IMG/VR virus record: IMGVR_UViG_3300039106_000282
Location: 791 to 64,790 of that record
From: a virus
Lineage: Duplodnaviria; Caudoviricetes
Strand: one strand, 5' to 3'
Length of the DNA stretch: 64,000 bases
Under the pieces are notes generated by a model, which was not told the origin of the DNA, searched no databases, and saw only the letters and a list, made by a program, of their open reading frames with translations. The position numbers and the translations under genes are program-made. Positions 1-7,965 of the stretch are shown piece after piece. Each line of letters starts with the position of its first letter. Positions within the stretch are counted from its first letter, which is position 1.

Positions 1-79
1 TTGGTGCTTACCAAATGAGCAAAAGACCGACTCGTATAATCACAGCAGTATGTAACGATTCAGCTACGGGGACAGTACA

Positions 80-280
80 ATGACAGACAATGAAAAAGAA
101 ACCTTATATAAAATTGTATCCGATTTAAGATACGCCGCTTCGTTATTACAAAATATAGACCACAACTTTGGGTATATTCTAGAAGCATCAAGTTACTACA
201 CAATAATTAAGTCATGCGAAGACATATTAAAAGCAGTGTCTGAAGAGATTTATCAAAAATTAAAAAGGGAGGGGGAATGA
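80..280 (+). CDS. hypothetical protein
   Basis: 66-aa ORF with ATGA overlaps to its neighbours. Confidence 0.65.
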   Translation: MTDNEKETLYKIVSDLRYAASLLQNIDHNFGYILEASSYYTIIKSCEDILKAVSEEIYQKLKREGE

Positions 281-474
281 AAGCCATGACGCTTAAAGAA
301 TACTGTGAGTTGCATAAGATAGCGAAGACAACTTTGCTGTTTCATTTAGAGAAGTTAGACTTCCCACCGTGTGGGTCAGTGCAGGTAAGCAGAAGAAGAC
401 CAAGCTACGTGTGGAGCGTAGATAACTTAAACATAGCTAAAGACAGAATCAAACATCGCATGGTATCACTATGA
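277..474 (+). CDS. small putative HTH-type DNA-binding protein
   Basis: MTLKEYCELHKIAKTTL resembles an HTH N-terminus; strong GGAGGGGG RBS. Confidence 0.5.
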   Translation: MKAMTLKEYCELHKIAKTTLLFHLEKLDFPPCGSVQVSRRRPSYVWSVDNLNIAKDRIKHRMVSL

Positions 475-674
475 AAGAAGACGCATTAGTTTTGATTGCA
501 GTAGCTACATTTGTAGGTGGCATATTAGTAGGTACGTTAGCAGGGTTTGGGTATCACAGACACCACCACGAAATCATTAAGACAAACATCGGTGAGTTCA
601 TGCTACGAGACGGTAAGATGTACGGGGTATATGAGTTAACCCGCGATGTGCAAGGTAACATGGTGACGAGATGA
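471..674 (+). CDS. small membrane-anchored protein
   Basis: N-terminal hydrophobic helix (ALVLIAVATFVGGILVGTLAGFGY); ATGA overlaps. Confidence 0.6.
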   Translation: MKEDALVLIAVATFVGGILVGTLAGFGYHRHHHEIIKTNIGEFMLRDGKMYGVYELTRDVQGNMVTR

Positions 675-2491
675 TTAGTTTGGATTTCGAGACGTATTAC
701 AGCAAGACCTACAGCTTATCCAAGCTAACCACTGAAGAGTATGTAAACGGTGATGAGTTTGAGGTGATTGGTGTAGGCATCAAGGTAGACGATAAACCTA
801 CTATCTTTTACACAGGGTCTAAGGAGGAGCTTAAGGCGTACCTAGACTTATACGATATACCTAATCAGATACTGCTGTGCCATAACACATTCTTTGATGC
901 AACGATTCTATCCGAGTATTTTGGTATCACGGCTAAGAGGTACATAGACACCCTGTCTATGGCTCGTGCAATACATGGCATATCAGTAGGCGGTAGCCTA
1001 GCTAAACTAGTAGAGCACTACGGTATTGGTGTTAAAGGCACAGAGGTAGTAAACGCATTGGGTAAACATCTCAAAGACTTCTCGCCAGAGGAGCTTGCAA
1101 GGTACGGTGAATACTGTGTGAACGATGTGGAGGTTACCTATAAACTATTCCATGCACTGATGCCAAACTTTAATACACAGGAGCTATCGCTAATTGATAT
1201 CACCATTAAGATGGCAACAAACCCTACGCTAACTATCGACCTGCCCATGCTGGAGTCCTACCTGCATGAAGTACGCACAAAGAAGGAAGACTTACTGAGT
1301 CGAGTGGTTGCCGATAAGAAAGAGCTGATGAGTAACCCTAAGTTCGCAGCACTGCTTGAGCAGTATGGTGTAGAACCTCCAATGAAAGTATCACCTACCA
1401 CAGGGAAACTAACGTACGCATTTGCAAAGACTGATGACGGACTCAAAGACTTACTTGAGCATGAGAACCCCGAAGTGCAAGCACTGGTCGCAACCCGACT
1501 GGGTGTTAAGAGTACAATCGAAGAGACAAGAGCTGAACGCTTTATTGGAATCGCTAAACGAACTAATTACCTACCCATACCACTAAGCTATTATGGCGCG
1601 GCGACAGGGCGCTGGTCTGCAGGGAGTGGCCAGAAATTGAACCTACAAAATCTGCCTAGAGAAAGCACACTTAAGAAGTCTATTGTTGCACCTGATGGTA
1701 TGGTCGTAGTAGGGGCTGACTTATCTAACATTGAACTACGGGTGGGTCTTTGGGTGTGTGATGAGATGGAGGCTCTCAAGTCACTAGGTGATGGTCGGGA
1801 CTTATATAAGGAGTTTGCATCCCTTGCGTTTAACGTACCTTATGAGGAGGTAACTAAGGCTCAAAGGTTTATCGGAAAAACATCTCAGCTAGGACTTATA
1901 TTTGGTGTAGGTGCGGCGAAGCTACGAGATGCTGTGAAGTCTGGGTCAGGCACTGACTTAGGTGAGATGGAAGCGAAGCGCATCGTTGACCTCTACCGCA
2001 ATACATACACAGGGGTGACAGCGTTTTGGAAAACGTGCAGTAGTGCTATTAAGGCAATCGCTGACGATGGTACGTTTACATTTGGTCGCAATGGTTTGTA
2101 TGTAGTGGACGGTAAGCGCGGTGTGAAGCTCCCGTCTGGTCTGTATATGCAGTACCCACAGCTTGAGAATGTGATAGATGAATCGTCTGGTGAGAAGGGT
2201 TACAAGTATAAACTGCGCAACGGTTATGATAGACTTTACGGCGGTAAGTTAACAAACAATCTGGTGCAAGGTACGGCACGATGCATCATGTCAGAGGCTA
2301 TGGTTCGCATAGCTAAGAGGTATCAAATCGCGCTGTCTATTCATGACGCGCTGTATATAGTTGTGCCAGAGGATGAGGCGCAGGAAGCCTTAGACTTTTT
2401 AATTGAAGAGATGTGCAGACCACCAGAGTGGATGCCCGATATACCCCTAGCGGCTGAGGGCGGTTGGGGTAGAAGTATAGCTGATTGTTAG
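671..2491 (+). CDS. polA: DNA polymerase family A with 3'-5' exonuclease domain
   Basis: ExoI LDFET, HNTFFD, YCVND; TGRWS; NLQNLP; motif A DLSNIELR; motif B RFIGKTSQLGLIFG; motif C IHDA. Confidence 0.95.
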   Translation: MISLDFETYYSKTYSLSKLTTEEYVNGDEFEVIGVGIKVDDKPTIFYTGSKEELKAYLDLYDIPNQILLCHNTFFDATILSEYFGITAKRYIDTLSMARAIHGISVGGSLAKLVEHYGIGVKGTEVVNALGKHLKDFSPEELARYGEYCVNDVEVTYKLFHALMPNFNTQELSLIDITIKMATNPTLTIDLPMLESYLHEVRTKKEDLLSRVVADKKELMSNPKFAALLEQYGVEPPMKVSPTTGKLTYAFAKTDDGLKDLLEHENPEVQALVATRLGVKSTIEETRAERFIGIAKRTNYLPIPLSYYGAATGRWSAGSGQKLNLQNLPRESTLKKSIVAPDGMVVVGADLSNIELRVGLWVCDEMEALKSLGDGRDLYKEFASLAFNVPYEEVTKAQRFIGKTSQLGLIFGVGAAKLRDAVKSGSGTDLGEMEAKRIVDLYRNTYTGVTAFWKTCSSAIKAIADDGTFTFGRNGLYVVDGKRGVKLPSGLYMQYPQLENVIDESSGEKGYKYKLRNGYDRLYGGKLTNNLVQGTARCIMSEAMVRIAKRYQIALSIHDALYIVVPEDEAQEALDFLIEEMCRPPEWMPDIPLAAEGGWGRSIADC

Positions 2492-2497
2492 GAGAGT

Positions 2498-2653
2498 ATG
2501 ATGACAAAGACTGAAATGTATAAACGCCTTGAGATGGCACAAAAGAACAAGAAAGAACTTAAGAAAGTAAAACTAAAACTACTCGCAGAGATACAGCAAC
2601 TTAAGCTGATGCTCCGAGCGATGGAAGAACAGGAGGTACTCGATGGCAATTGA
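2498..2653 (+). CDS. small coiled-coil hypothetical protein (51 aa)
   Basis: Read from sequence: GGAGAG RBS, MMTKTEMYKRLEMAQKNKKELKK...EVLDGN*. Confidence 0.65.
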   Translation: MMTKTEMYKRLEMAQKNKKELKKVKLKLLAEIQQLKLMLRAMEEQEVLDGN

Positions 2654-3275
2654 AATACATGAGTCTGGAGGTTTAATCCATATTGAGTTTGAAGCACCTA
2701 AAAAAGGGTTTACTGTTTGTTGTTCCTTAACACGGGCAGAGCTTGTTCATGTCATAGAAACTGGAGAGTTTAAACTAAACACTAAATGCTCGAATGACTA
2801 CCCGTTATATGACCATTGCGGACATAATAGTAATGTTAGAAAGATAATTAAATACTTTGATATGGAAGAAGACCATTCTCGTATTATGGAACTAACTGCT
2901 AAAAAACATAAACACCCTTTACTTAAATTACAGATGCAAATATCTTCTGATGGGGTATGTATAGGTATAGACAAAGTTGATGGTATTGACTGTGATTATT
3001 TTGGGTTATCGCATTGTAAAGAGCACTACAAAAGGTTTTCAAAAGTAGATGTCGAGTATGATGATTTAGAAAGTAAGTTAATAGAACCTTTAGCAAAAGA
3101 CATAGAGAGAAGACTATTGATGTACGCGGCTAACACAATACAAATTGAAACTCCTTGGTTATATACCCTTACAGACGAACAAGTATTGAGATACAACACG
3201 ATGCTGACAAAAGCAACCGTTCAATTTAAGAAAGATTTTGAAGCGATGTATAAACAGGGGATACTCGATGGCTGA
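2643..3275 (+). CDS. hypothetical protein (210 aa), AT-rich, flanked by 31-bp imperfect direct repeats
   Basis: GGAGG RBS; repeats at 2617-2647 and 3242-3272. Confidence 0.8.
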   Translation: MAIEIHESGGLIHIEFEAPKKGFTVCCSLTRAELVHVIETGEFKLNTKCSNDYPLYDHCGHNSNVRKIIKYFDMEEDHSRIMELTAKKHKHPLLKLQMQISSDGVCIGIDKVDGIDCDYFGLSHCKEHYKRFSKVDVEYDDLESKLIEPLAKDIERRLLMYAANTIQIETPWLYTLTDEQVLRYNTMLTKATVQFKKDFEAMYKQGILDG

Positions 3276-3360
3276 GTTAATTTATTGGACAGTGATTGCA
3301 ATCACTGTAGTTTTATTTGCAATGGAATATACAAAAGGGGATGACAATGACCTTAGATGA
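3268..3360 (+). CDS. 30-aa membrane micropeptide
   Basis: MAELIYWTVIAITVVLFAMEYTKGDDNDLR*; RBS lies inside the junction repeat. Confidence 0.5.
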   Translation: MAELIYWTVIAITVVLFAMEYTKGDDNDLR

Positions 3361-3436
3361 TTGGGTGGCACTTGTTGCCTATGTAGGGTTTATTGGCTTA
3401 TCAATGAGGATACTATGGACAAAGTTAAAAAGGTAG
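3347..3436 (+). CDS. 29-aa membrane micropeptide
   Basis: MTLDDWVALVAYVGFIGLSMRILWTKLKR*; GGGGA RBS. Confidence 0.5.
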   Translation: MTLDDWVALVAYVGFIGLSMRILWTKLKR

Positions 3437-3573
3437 AAGCAGTAACGCCTGTGCCTAGCGCAGTGAATTGTAAGCACGCCCATTGGCGGGTGTATCAAAG
3501 TCGTGGGTATCGTGAGTGTGATAAATGCAAAGAACAACGCCCCATTTTTAATGACATAAGACACCAGAGGTAA
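3415..3573 (+). CDS. small zinc-binding protein (CxH...CxxC)
   Basis: GAGGA RBS before ATG 3415; CKHAHW...ECDKC. Confidence 0.55.
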   Translation: MDKVKKVEAVTPVPSAVNCKHAHWRVYQSRGYRECDKCKEQRPIFNDIRHQR

Positions 3574-3575
3574 GT

Positions 3576-4193
3576 ATGACATACACAATAGATAAGAAGA
3601 TTACAGGCTACAAAGTAGTAGACAAGGATTCCTTGACAACTGAAACGTCTGTAGACGTAGAGAAGATGCACGAGCTATTACCTAGACCAGAGTATCTGCA
3701 AGGGACAACCTATAAGATTAAGACACCGCAGTCTGAGCACGCTCTGTATATCACGATTAACGATATGGTGCTTAACGGTGACGAGCGTCACCCCTACGAG
3801 ATGTTTATTAACTCTAAGAATATGGAGCACTTTCAGTGGGTACTTGCATTAACACGCTTAGTGTCTGCTGTATGGCGCAAAGGTGGTGATAGTACATTCC
3901 TAGTGGAAGAACTAAAGAATGTGTTCGACCCGAAGGGCGGCTACTATAAACGTGGTGGTGTGTATATGCCATCACTGGTGGCTGAGATTGGTACTGTAAT
4001 TGAGCAACATTTAAAAAGCATTGGCGTAATTAAAGTTGAAGTGGATGAGCATCAACAGGCGTACTTGGAAGCTAAGAAAGAAGAAGCTAGAGGTGTTGAG
4101 ATGCAACTATGCACTAAGTGTAATACAAAAGCTCTGATATTAATGGACGGGTGTATGACGTGTACTAACTGTGGCGACTCTAAATGTGGGTGA
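3576..4193 (+). CDS. nrdJb: Class II ribonucleotide reductase C-terminal subunit (NrdJb, TSCPD-like domain with Zn ribbon)
   Basis: TYKIKTP..EHALYITIND, PYEMFINSKNM, FDPKGGYY..GG..MPSLVAEIG, and C-terminal CTKC...DGCMTCTNCGDSKCG typical of NrdJb. Confidence 0.85.
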   Translation: MTYTIDKKITGYKVVDKDSLTTETSVDVEKMHELLPRPEYLQGTTYKIKTPQSEHALYITINDMVLNGDERHPYEMFINSKNMEHFQWVLALTRLVSAVWRKGGDSTFLVEELKNVFDPKGGYYKRGGVYMPSLVAEIGTVIEQHLKSIGVIKVEVDEHQQAYLEAKKEEARGVEMQLCTKCNTKALILMDGCMTCTNCGDSKCG

Positions 4194-4205
4194 GGAGAAA
4201 ATAAA

Positions 4206-4670
4206 ATGAACGAATACGAAATAATGATTAAGAATTTGGAAAACAGAGTCACTGAGCTAGAAAAACATACTCAATGTGGGGGAGTCAGTATGCCAACAGT
4301 CAGAAAGTGGCAACCTAAAGGTGGGAACTTTTTTATTCAAAGTAGTGGGAAGATGTCTGAAGTAGTTGGCGGCAGTGATACTCCACATAAAGAATTTGGA
4401 GCGGAACGTCCAGAACGGCAACAAGCACAACGCGCGGCAGTTGAAATGCGCAGGTTTAATCGGTTACTTGCTCTAAGGGACGAGTTGTGTGGTGAGGTGG
4501 TGGATTGGACAGACGATGAAGAAAAATATCATATTTATTTTTCTCACGAAAGGGGACGTTGGTATATTACACCAGATATATTTTGTGAAAGCATTACACC
4601 TTACTTCACAAGTGACGAATTAGCACAAAAGGCTTGCGATATGTTGAATTCTGGGGAGGTGGAGTTATGA
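4206..4670 (+). CDS. hypothetical protein
   Basis: 154-aa ORF, GAGGAG RBS, ends ...GEVEL. Confidence 0.75.
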   Translation: MNEYEIMIKNLENRVTELEKHTQCGGVSMPTVRKWQPKGGNFFIQSSGKMSEVVGGSDTPHKEFGAERPERQQAQRAAVEMRRFNRLLALRDELCGEVVDWTDDEEKYHIYFSHERGRWYITPDIFCESITPYFTSDELAQKACDMLNSGEVEL

Positions 4671-4801
4671 GTAAAGAAGATATGCAGTATCTAAAAGGAT
4701 GGGGGTTATCAATACTGATAGCCATTACCATAGTTGCTTTTGCTAACGCTGATATAAAACTAAGAACTGGTGAAAATATACAATGTAAGGTTGAGTTATG
4801 A
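4667..4801 (+). CDS. 44-aa membrane/secreted micropeptide
   Basis: MSKEDMQYLKGWGLSILIAITIVAFANADIK...CKVEL*; ATGA overlaps on both sides. Confidence 0.6.
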   Translation: MSKEDMQYLKGWGLSILIAITIVAFANADIKLRTGENIQCKVEL

Positions 4802-4992
4802 GTATTCAATACAAGAACAAAAAAACCGGTGACGTTTGCTTACTTGAAACCGCGTGTCATATAAAAATTGGCAATAACTGGGTTAATGGTGTTGCTTATT
4901 TTAATGCAAATAAACTTCGTGAAATGTTTGTTATAACTGAAGATGATTTTTTTAATTCTTTTGAGGAAATTATTGATGAGGTGGAGTTATGA
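4798..4992 (+). CDS. hypothetical protein
   Basis: 64-aa ORF ending ...DEVEL. Confidence 0.65.
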   Translation: MSIQYKNKKTGDVCLLETACHIKIGNNWVNGVAYFNANKLREMFVITEDDFFNSFEEIIDEVEL

Positions 4993-5120
4993 GTGAATTT
5001 GTCATGTTTGTTGTCGGGATTGTAATTGGTTGGTGTCTATCATGTCAGTTTGCAACTCCTTGCAAACCCGAATGGAAATGGGAAGAAAGACCATACTCAA
5101 AGGATGCTAAAAATGAATGA
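4989..5120 (+). CDS. 43-aa membrane micropeptide
   Basis: MSEFVMFVVGIVIGWCLSCQFATPCKPEWKWEERPYSKDAKNE*. Confidence 0.55.
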   Translation: MSEFVMFVVGIVIGWCLSCQFATPCKPEWKWEERPYSKDAKNE

Positions 5121-5391
5121 AAGAGAATGTGACGAATTAATTGAAGGTGTAATAAAACAACTTAATATAACTCCTCGGCAAGGGTTGAACGAATACAAAA
5201 AAGGTTATGCAAAAGCCGAGGAAGATTTAAGAGGAAAAACAATGAGTAAAGAGCAAGCACTGCGCATTTTAAAGTTGCTGTCGGGTTTAGAGGTTATTGT
5301 TTTTCAAAAAAGTGAAGGTGTGCCAGATCACACTATTGATGAACTGATTAAGATTGTTGATGAATTGACTGACTACGTTTTGGAGAAATAA
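5113..5391 (+). CDS. hypothetical protein
   Basis: ATG 5113 (MNERECDE...) overlaps the upstream stop; a possible internal start lies near 5242. Confidence 0.6.
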   Translation: MNERECDELIEGVIKQLNITPRQGLNEYKKGYAKAEEDLRGKTMSKEQALRILKLLSGLEVIVFQKSEGVPDHTIDELIKIVDELTDYVLEK

Positions 5392-5392
5392 A

Positions 5393-5545
5393 ATGAAAAC
5401 TGAATCGAATTCTTATGAACGTGATATTGACGAATTGGTCGGTGTGTTGATTGAAGTAAGAAAGTGGATGTCAGAACAAGGTATATTGAAATCAAAAACA
5501 ATGAACAAAATTGATGAAATTTTAAAAAAATACAAGGTAAATTAA
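5393..5545 (+). CDS. hypothetical protein (50 aa)
   Basis: GGAGA RBS; MKTESNSYERDIDELVGVLIEVRKW...KVN*. Confidence 0.55.
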   Translation: MKTESNSYERDIDELVGVLIEVRKWMSEQGILKSKTMNKIDEILKKYKVN

Positions 5546-5546
5546 A

Positions 5547-6467
5547 ATGGCTGAAAATAACGTAACGTGTTACATCTGCAAAACACCATTTCATTTAAAA
5601 CTAAGTCATTTAGAAAAAAGAGTGCATAAAGATAAAATAACTTGTTCAAGATTATGTAGCTCTATGGCTAGAAAAGAAATTATGAATGGTGAAAATAACC
5701 ATCAATTTGGATTGAAGGGTGAATTAAACAGTAGTCATATATCTGATATTCGTACTTCGTCTTATGGGTACATATTAGTAAGAGCGTCTACTCATCCATT
5801 AGCGCATTATGATGGGTACATGATGCTTCATAGGTTAATATATGAGGAATATTTACGAAGTGTTAATGATTACGATTATTTAATTGAAATAAATAACAAC
5901 TGGTATTTAAATCCAGCTTACGTTATTCATCATGTTGATGGTAACAGGCTTAACAATAATTTAGCTAACTTAGAATTAACAACTTTAGCGGAACATTCGG
6001 CAAGACACGCAGATGATAGACGCATTATTAGAGATGAATTAGGACGCATTGTTGATGTAAAAGGTGAAATAAAAAAAGGAAGTTTAACAAGGAACAAAAG
6101 ACTAGATGCAGGGCAAGATGTTAAAGCTAGTAAGGCAGTTATTATACCAGCGAGAGGTGATACCCTTGTATTTACCAACTTAATAATAAATGTGCCAGAA
6201 GGTTATGTTGGATTACTTTGGTCAAGAAGTGGACTATCTGTTAAGCACAAGATTGAAGTTGGTGCTGGGTGCATAGATAGTGGGTATAGTGGTGAAGTAT
6301 TGGTACATTTATATAATCATTCTGATGTGCCATACGAGGTTAATGTTGGGGATAGAATCGCACAATTACTAACTATACCTATTAATTTAAATGAATATGT
6401 AGAAGTAGACGAGTTCAGTAGCATTACTGAGCGTGGTGAAGGTGGATTTGGAAGTACGGGGAAATAA
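5547..6467 (+). CDS. dut: HNH endonuclease-dUTPase fusion
   Basis: N-terminal CxxC...CSxxC zinc finger and HNH (IHHVDGNRLNNNLANL...EHSARH). C-terminal trimeric dUTPase motifs AGQD, RSG, GCIDSGYSGE, GDRIAQL, RGEGGFGSTG. Confidence 0.9.
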   Translation: MAENNVTCYICKTPFHLKLSHLEKRVHKDKITCSRLCSSMARKEIMNGENNHQFGLKGELNSSHISDIRTSSYGYILVRASTHPLAHYDGYMMLHRLIYEEYLRSVNDYDYLIEINNNWYLNPAYVIHHVDGNRLNNNLANLELTTLAEHSARHADDRRIIRDELGRIVDVKGEIKKGSLTRNKRLDAGQDVKASKAVIIPARGDTLVFTNLIINVPEGYVGLLWSRSGLSVKHKIEVGAGCIDSGYSGEVLVHLYNHSDVPYEVNVGDRIAQLLTIPINLNEYVEVDEFSSITERGEGGFGSTGK

Positions 6468-6468
6468 C

Positions 6469-6669
6469 ATGATTGCAACAACAGCTTATATTTTAATCAA
6501 TACTATTGTGGCGTTTGGCGAAGTTACTCAGACAACAACAATTTTTGCAGACAAGACATCATGTGAGTCAGCCGCAGTTAGACAAGACTTTGTGATGAAG
6601 TCACTTGAAATACACGGTAGATGGAACTTAACGTGCCATCCGTATGCACTTAGCGAGGATAAGAAATGA
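6469..6669 (+). CDS. small putative secreted/membrane protein
   Basis: ATG 6469, hydrophobic N-terminus, Cys pair (F..K.SCE.A...C). Confidence 0.6.
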   Translation: MIATTAYILINTIVAFGEVTQTTTIFADKTSCESAAVRQDFVMKSLEIHGRWNLTCHPYALSEDKK

Positions 6670-7241
6670 AAGTCACGCTAATACAGAATACACCTAATCC
6701 AGAAGAACATATCGGTCTCCTTGCAGGTATCTGCTACGGTAAGACGGGTGAGCAATCGCCAGAGCAGTGTATTAAGAGAGCTTACCACTGCGTAACTAAA
6801 GGGCATCTGTCAACACTGCGCTTTGCTCATGCTACGTTTTTGATTGAGGATATTAGTCGTATCTGCTCACACCAGTTTGTTCGCAGTAAGCATTTGGATT
6901 TCTTGCAACGTAGTCAGCGATATTGTAATGAAGAAGAAACCAATGTAGTTATTCCAGAAAGTATTAGCAAATATGACGTACAGGATTTTGTTTATAACGC
7001 TCAAATATTATATGAAAACTTAATCAAAAAGGGCGTTAAAAAAGAAGATGCGCGATTCATCCTACCACAAGGCACAACAACAGAGCTTCTTGCAGTAGGT
7101 AACTTCCAAGCATGGTATGACTTTATTAAACTGCGTAGTGGTAAAGAAGTGCAGTGGGAGATACGAGCAGTAGCGCATGAGATTAACCGTCAGCTTCATA
7201 GCATTGCACCTAATATCTTCAAGGAGCTTGAGCATGAATAG
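6666..7241 (+). CDS. thyX: FAD-dependent thymidylate synthase ThyX (divergent signature)
   Basis: GHLS, ISRICSHQFVR, SQRY, KEDARFILP, FIKLR...QWEIR. Confidence 0.88.
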   Translation: MKVTLIQNTPNPEEHIGLLAGICYGKTGEQSPEQCIKRAYHCVTKGHLSTLRFAHATFLIEDISRICSHQFVRSKHLDFLQRSQRYCNEEETNVVIPESISKYDVQDFVYNAQILYENLIKKGVKKEDARFILPQGTTTELLAVGNFQAWYDFIKLRSGKEVQWEIRAVAHEINRQLHSIAPNIFKELEHE

Positions 7242-7449
7242 GTTATGCGAGGTATGTAACTTAATCAAAGAAGAGTCAGCATTTAAAACAGATAGTACAA
7301 TATGTAAGAGATGTGCAGTGGTAGCAGGAGTGCAAGACAGCTTGCAAAGACGCAAGCGCAGGGACGTTAGTTCAATAGATAACAAGATGTGTAGAAAGTT
7401 TTTACAACAGCATTTAATAAAGCCGACAGGCTGGGAGCTAACACTATGA
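7234..7449 (+). CDS. small zinc-finger protein
   Basis: AAGGAG RBS; CEVC...CKRC. Confidence 0.6.
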   Translation: MNRLCEVCNLIKEESAFKTDSTICKRCAVVAGVQDSLQRRKRRDVSSIDNKMCRKFLQQHLIKPTGWELTL

Positions 7450-7745
7450 ACGACAAACCTAAAACAATTTACGATGCATACACACTAGGACAGTTTTATA
7501 AGGGTGACTCAGTACATACAGTAAAAGAAGACATGGTTAACGAGCCTCCACACTACAAAAATGGTAAAATAGAGTGTATTGAGGCGATGGAAGCGATGCT
7601 TACGCCCGAAGAGTTTATTGGGTATCTGCGCGGCAACGCCTTTAAATATATGTGGCGATACCGAAACAAAGGTAAAGCACATGAAGACTTGCAGAAAGCG
7701 CAATGGTACTTATCCCGACTAGTGTTTATACATAACGAAAAATAA
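7446..7745 (+). CDS. DUF3310 family protein (T7 gp1.7-like nucleotide kinase)
   Basis: DMVNEPPHY, IECIEA, GNAFKYMWRYRNKG, EDLQKAQWYL. Confidence 0.85.
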   Translation: MNDKPKTIYDAYTLGQFYKGDSVHTVKEDMVNEPPHYKNGKIECIEAMEAMLTPEEFIGYLRGNAFKYMWRYRNKGKAHEDLQKAQWYLSRLVFIHNEK

Positions 7746-7746
7746 C

Positions 7747-7965
7747 ATGGCAACAGAAGAAGGAAATACAGACCTCGCGTCACTGCATGAGGAGATGATG
7801 CGAGATAAACTTATCGCAGTTATTTGCAGAGAAGCTGCAAATATAGATACAACTAACCCCACTGGACTTTGCTGGACGTGTGGAGAATTCATAGGGTATA
7901 AGAGGAGATGGTGTGATAGAGAATGCGCGGATATATTTGAAGCCGAAACTAAGAAAAATCGGTAG
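7747..7965 (+). CDS. TraR/DksA-like C4 zinc-finger protein
   Basis: Acidic N-terminal helix (DLASLHEEMMRD) followed by CWTCGE...RRWCDREC. Confidence 0.5.
   Translation: MATEEGNTDLASLHEEMMRDKLIAVICREAANIDTTNPTGLCWTCGEFIGYKRRWCDRECADIFEAETKKNR

Larger units (their letters stand above)
4656..4994 (+). repeat. Three 17-bp gene-junction repeats GAGGTGGAGTTATGAGT (4656-4672, 4787-4803, 4978-4994)
   Basis: Copies 1 and 3 are identical, copy 2 matches 15/17. Each contains an RBS plus an overlapping ATGA start/stop. Confidence 0.85.

Noticed and set aside
5547-6467. Intein or group I intron in dut
   Set aside because: The HNH part is N-terminal rather than inside the dUTPase, and no intein terminal residues or intron core were recognised.
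671-7745. DNA base-modification pathway (dZ, 7-deazaguanine, hmU)
   Set aside because: No purZ, queuosine-pathway, dCMP deaminase/hydroxymethylase or glycosyltransferase genes were seen. dUTPase plus ThyX and GATC avoidance fit ordinary DNA.
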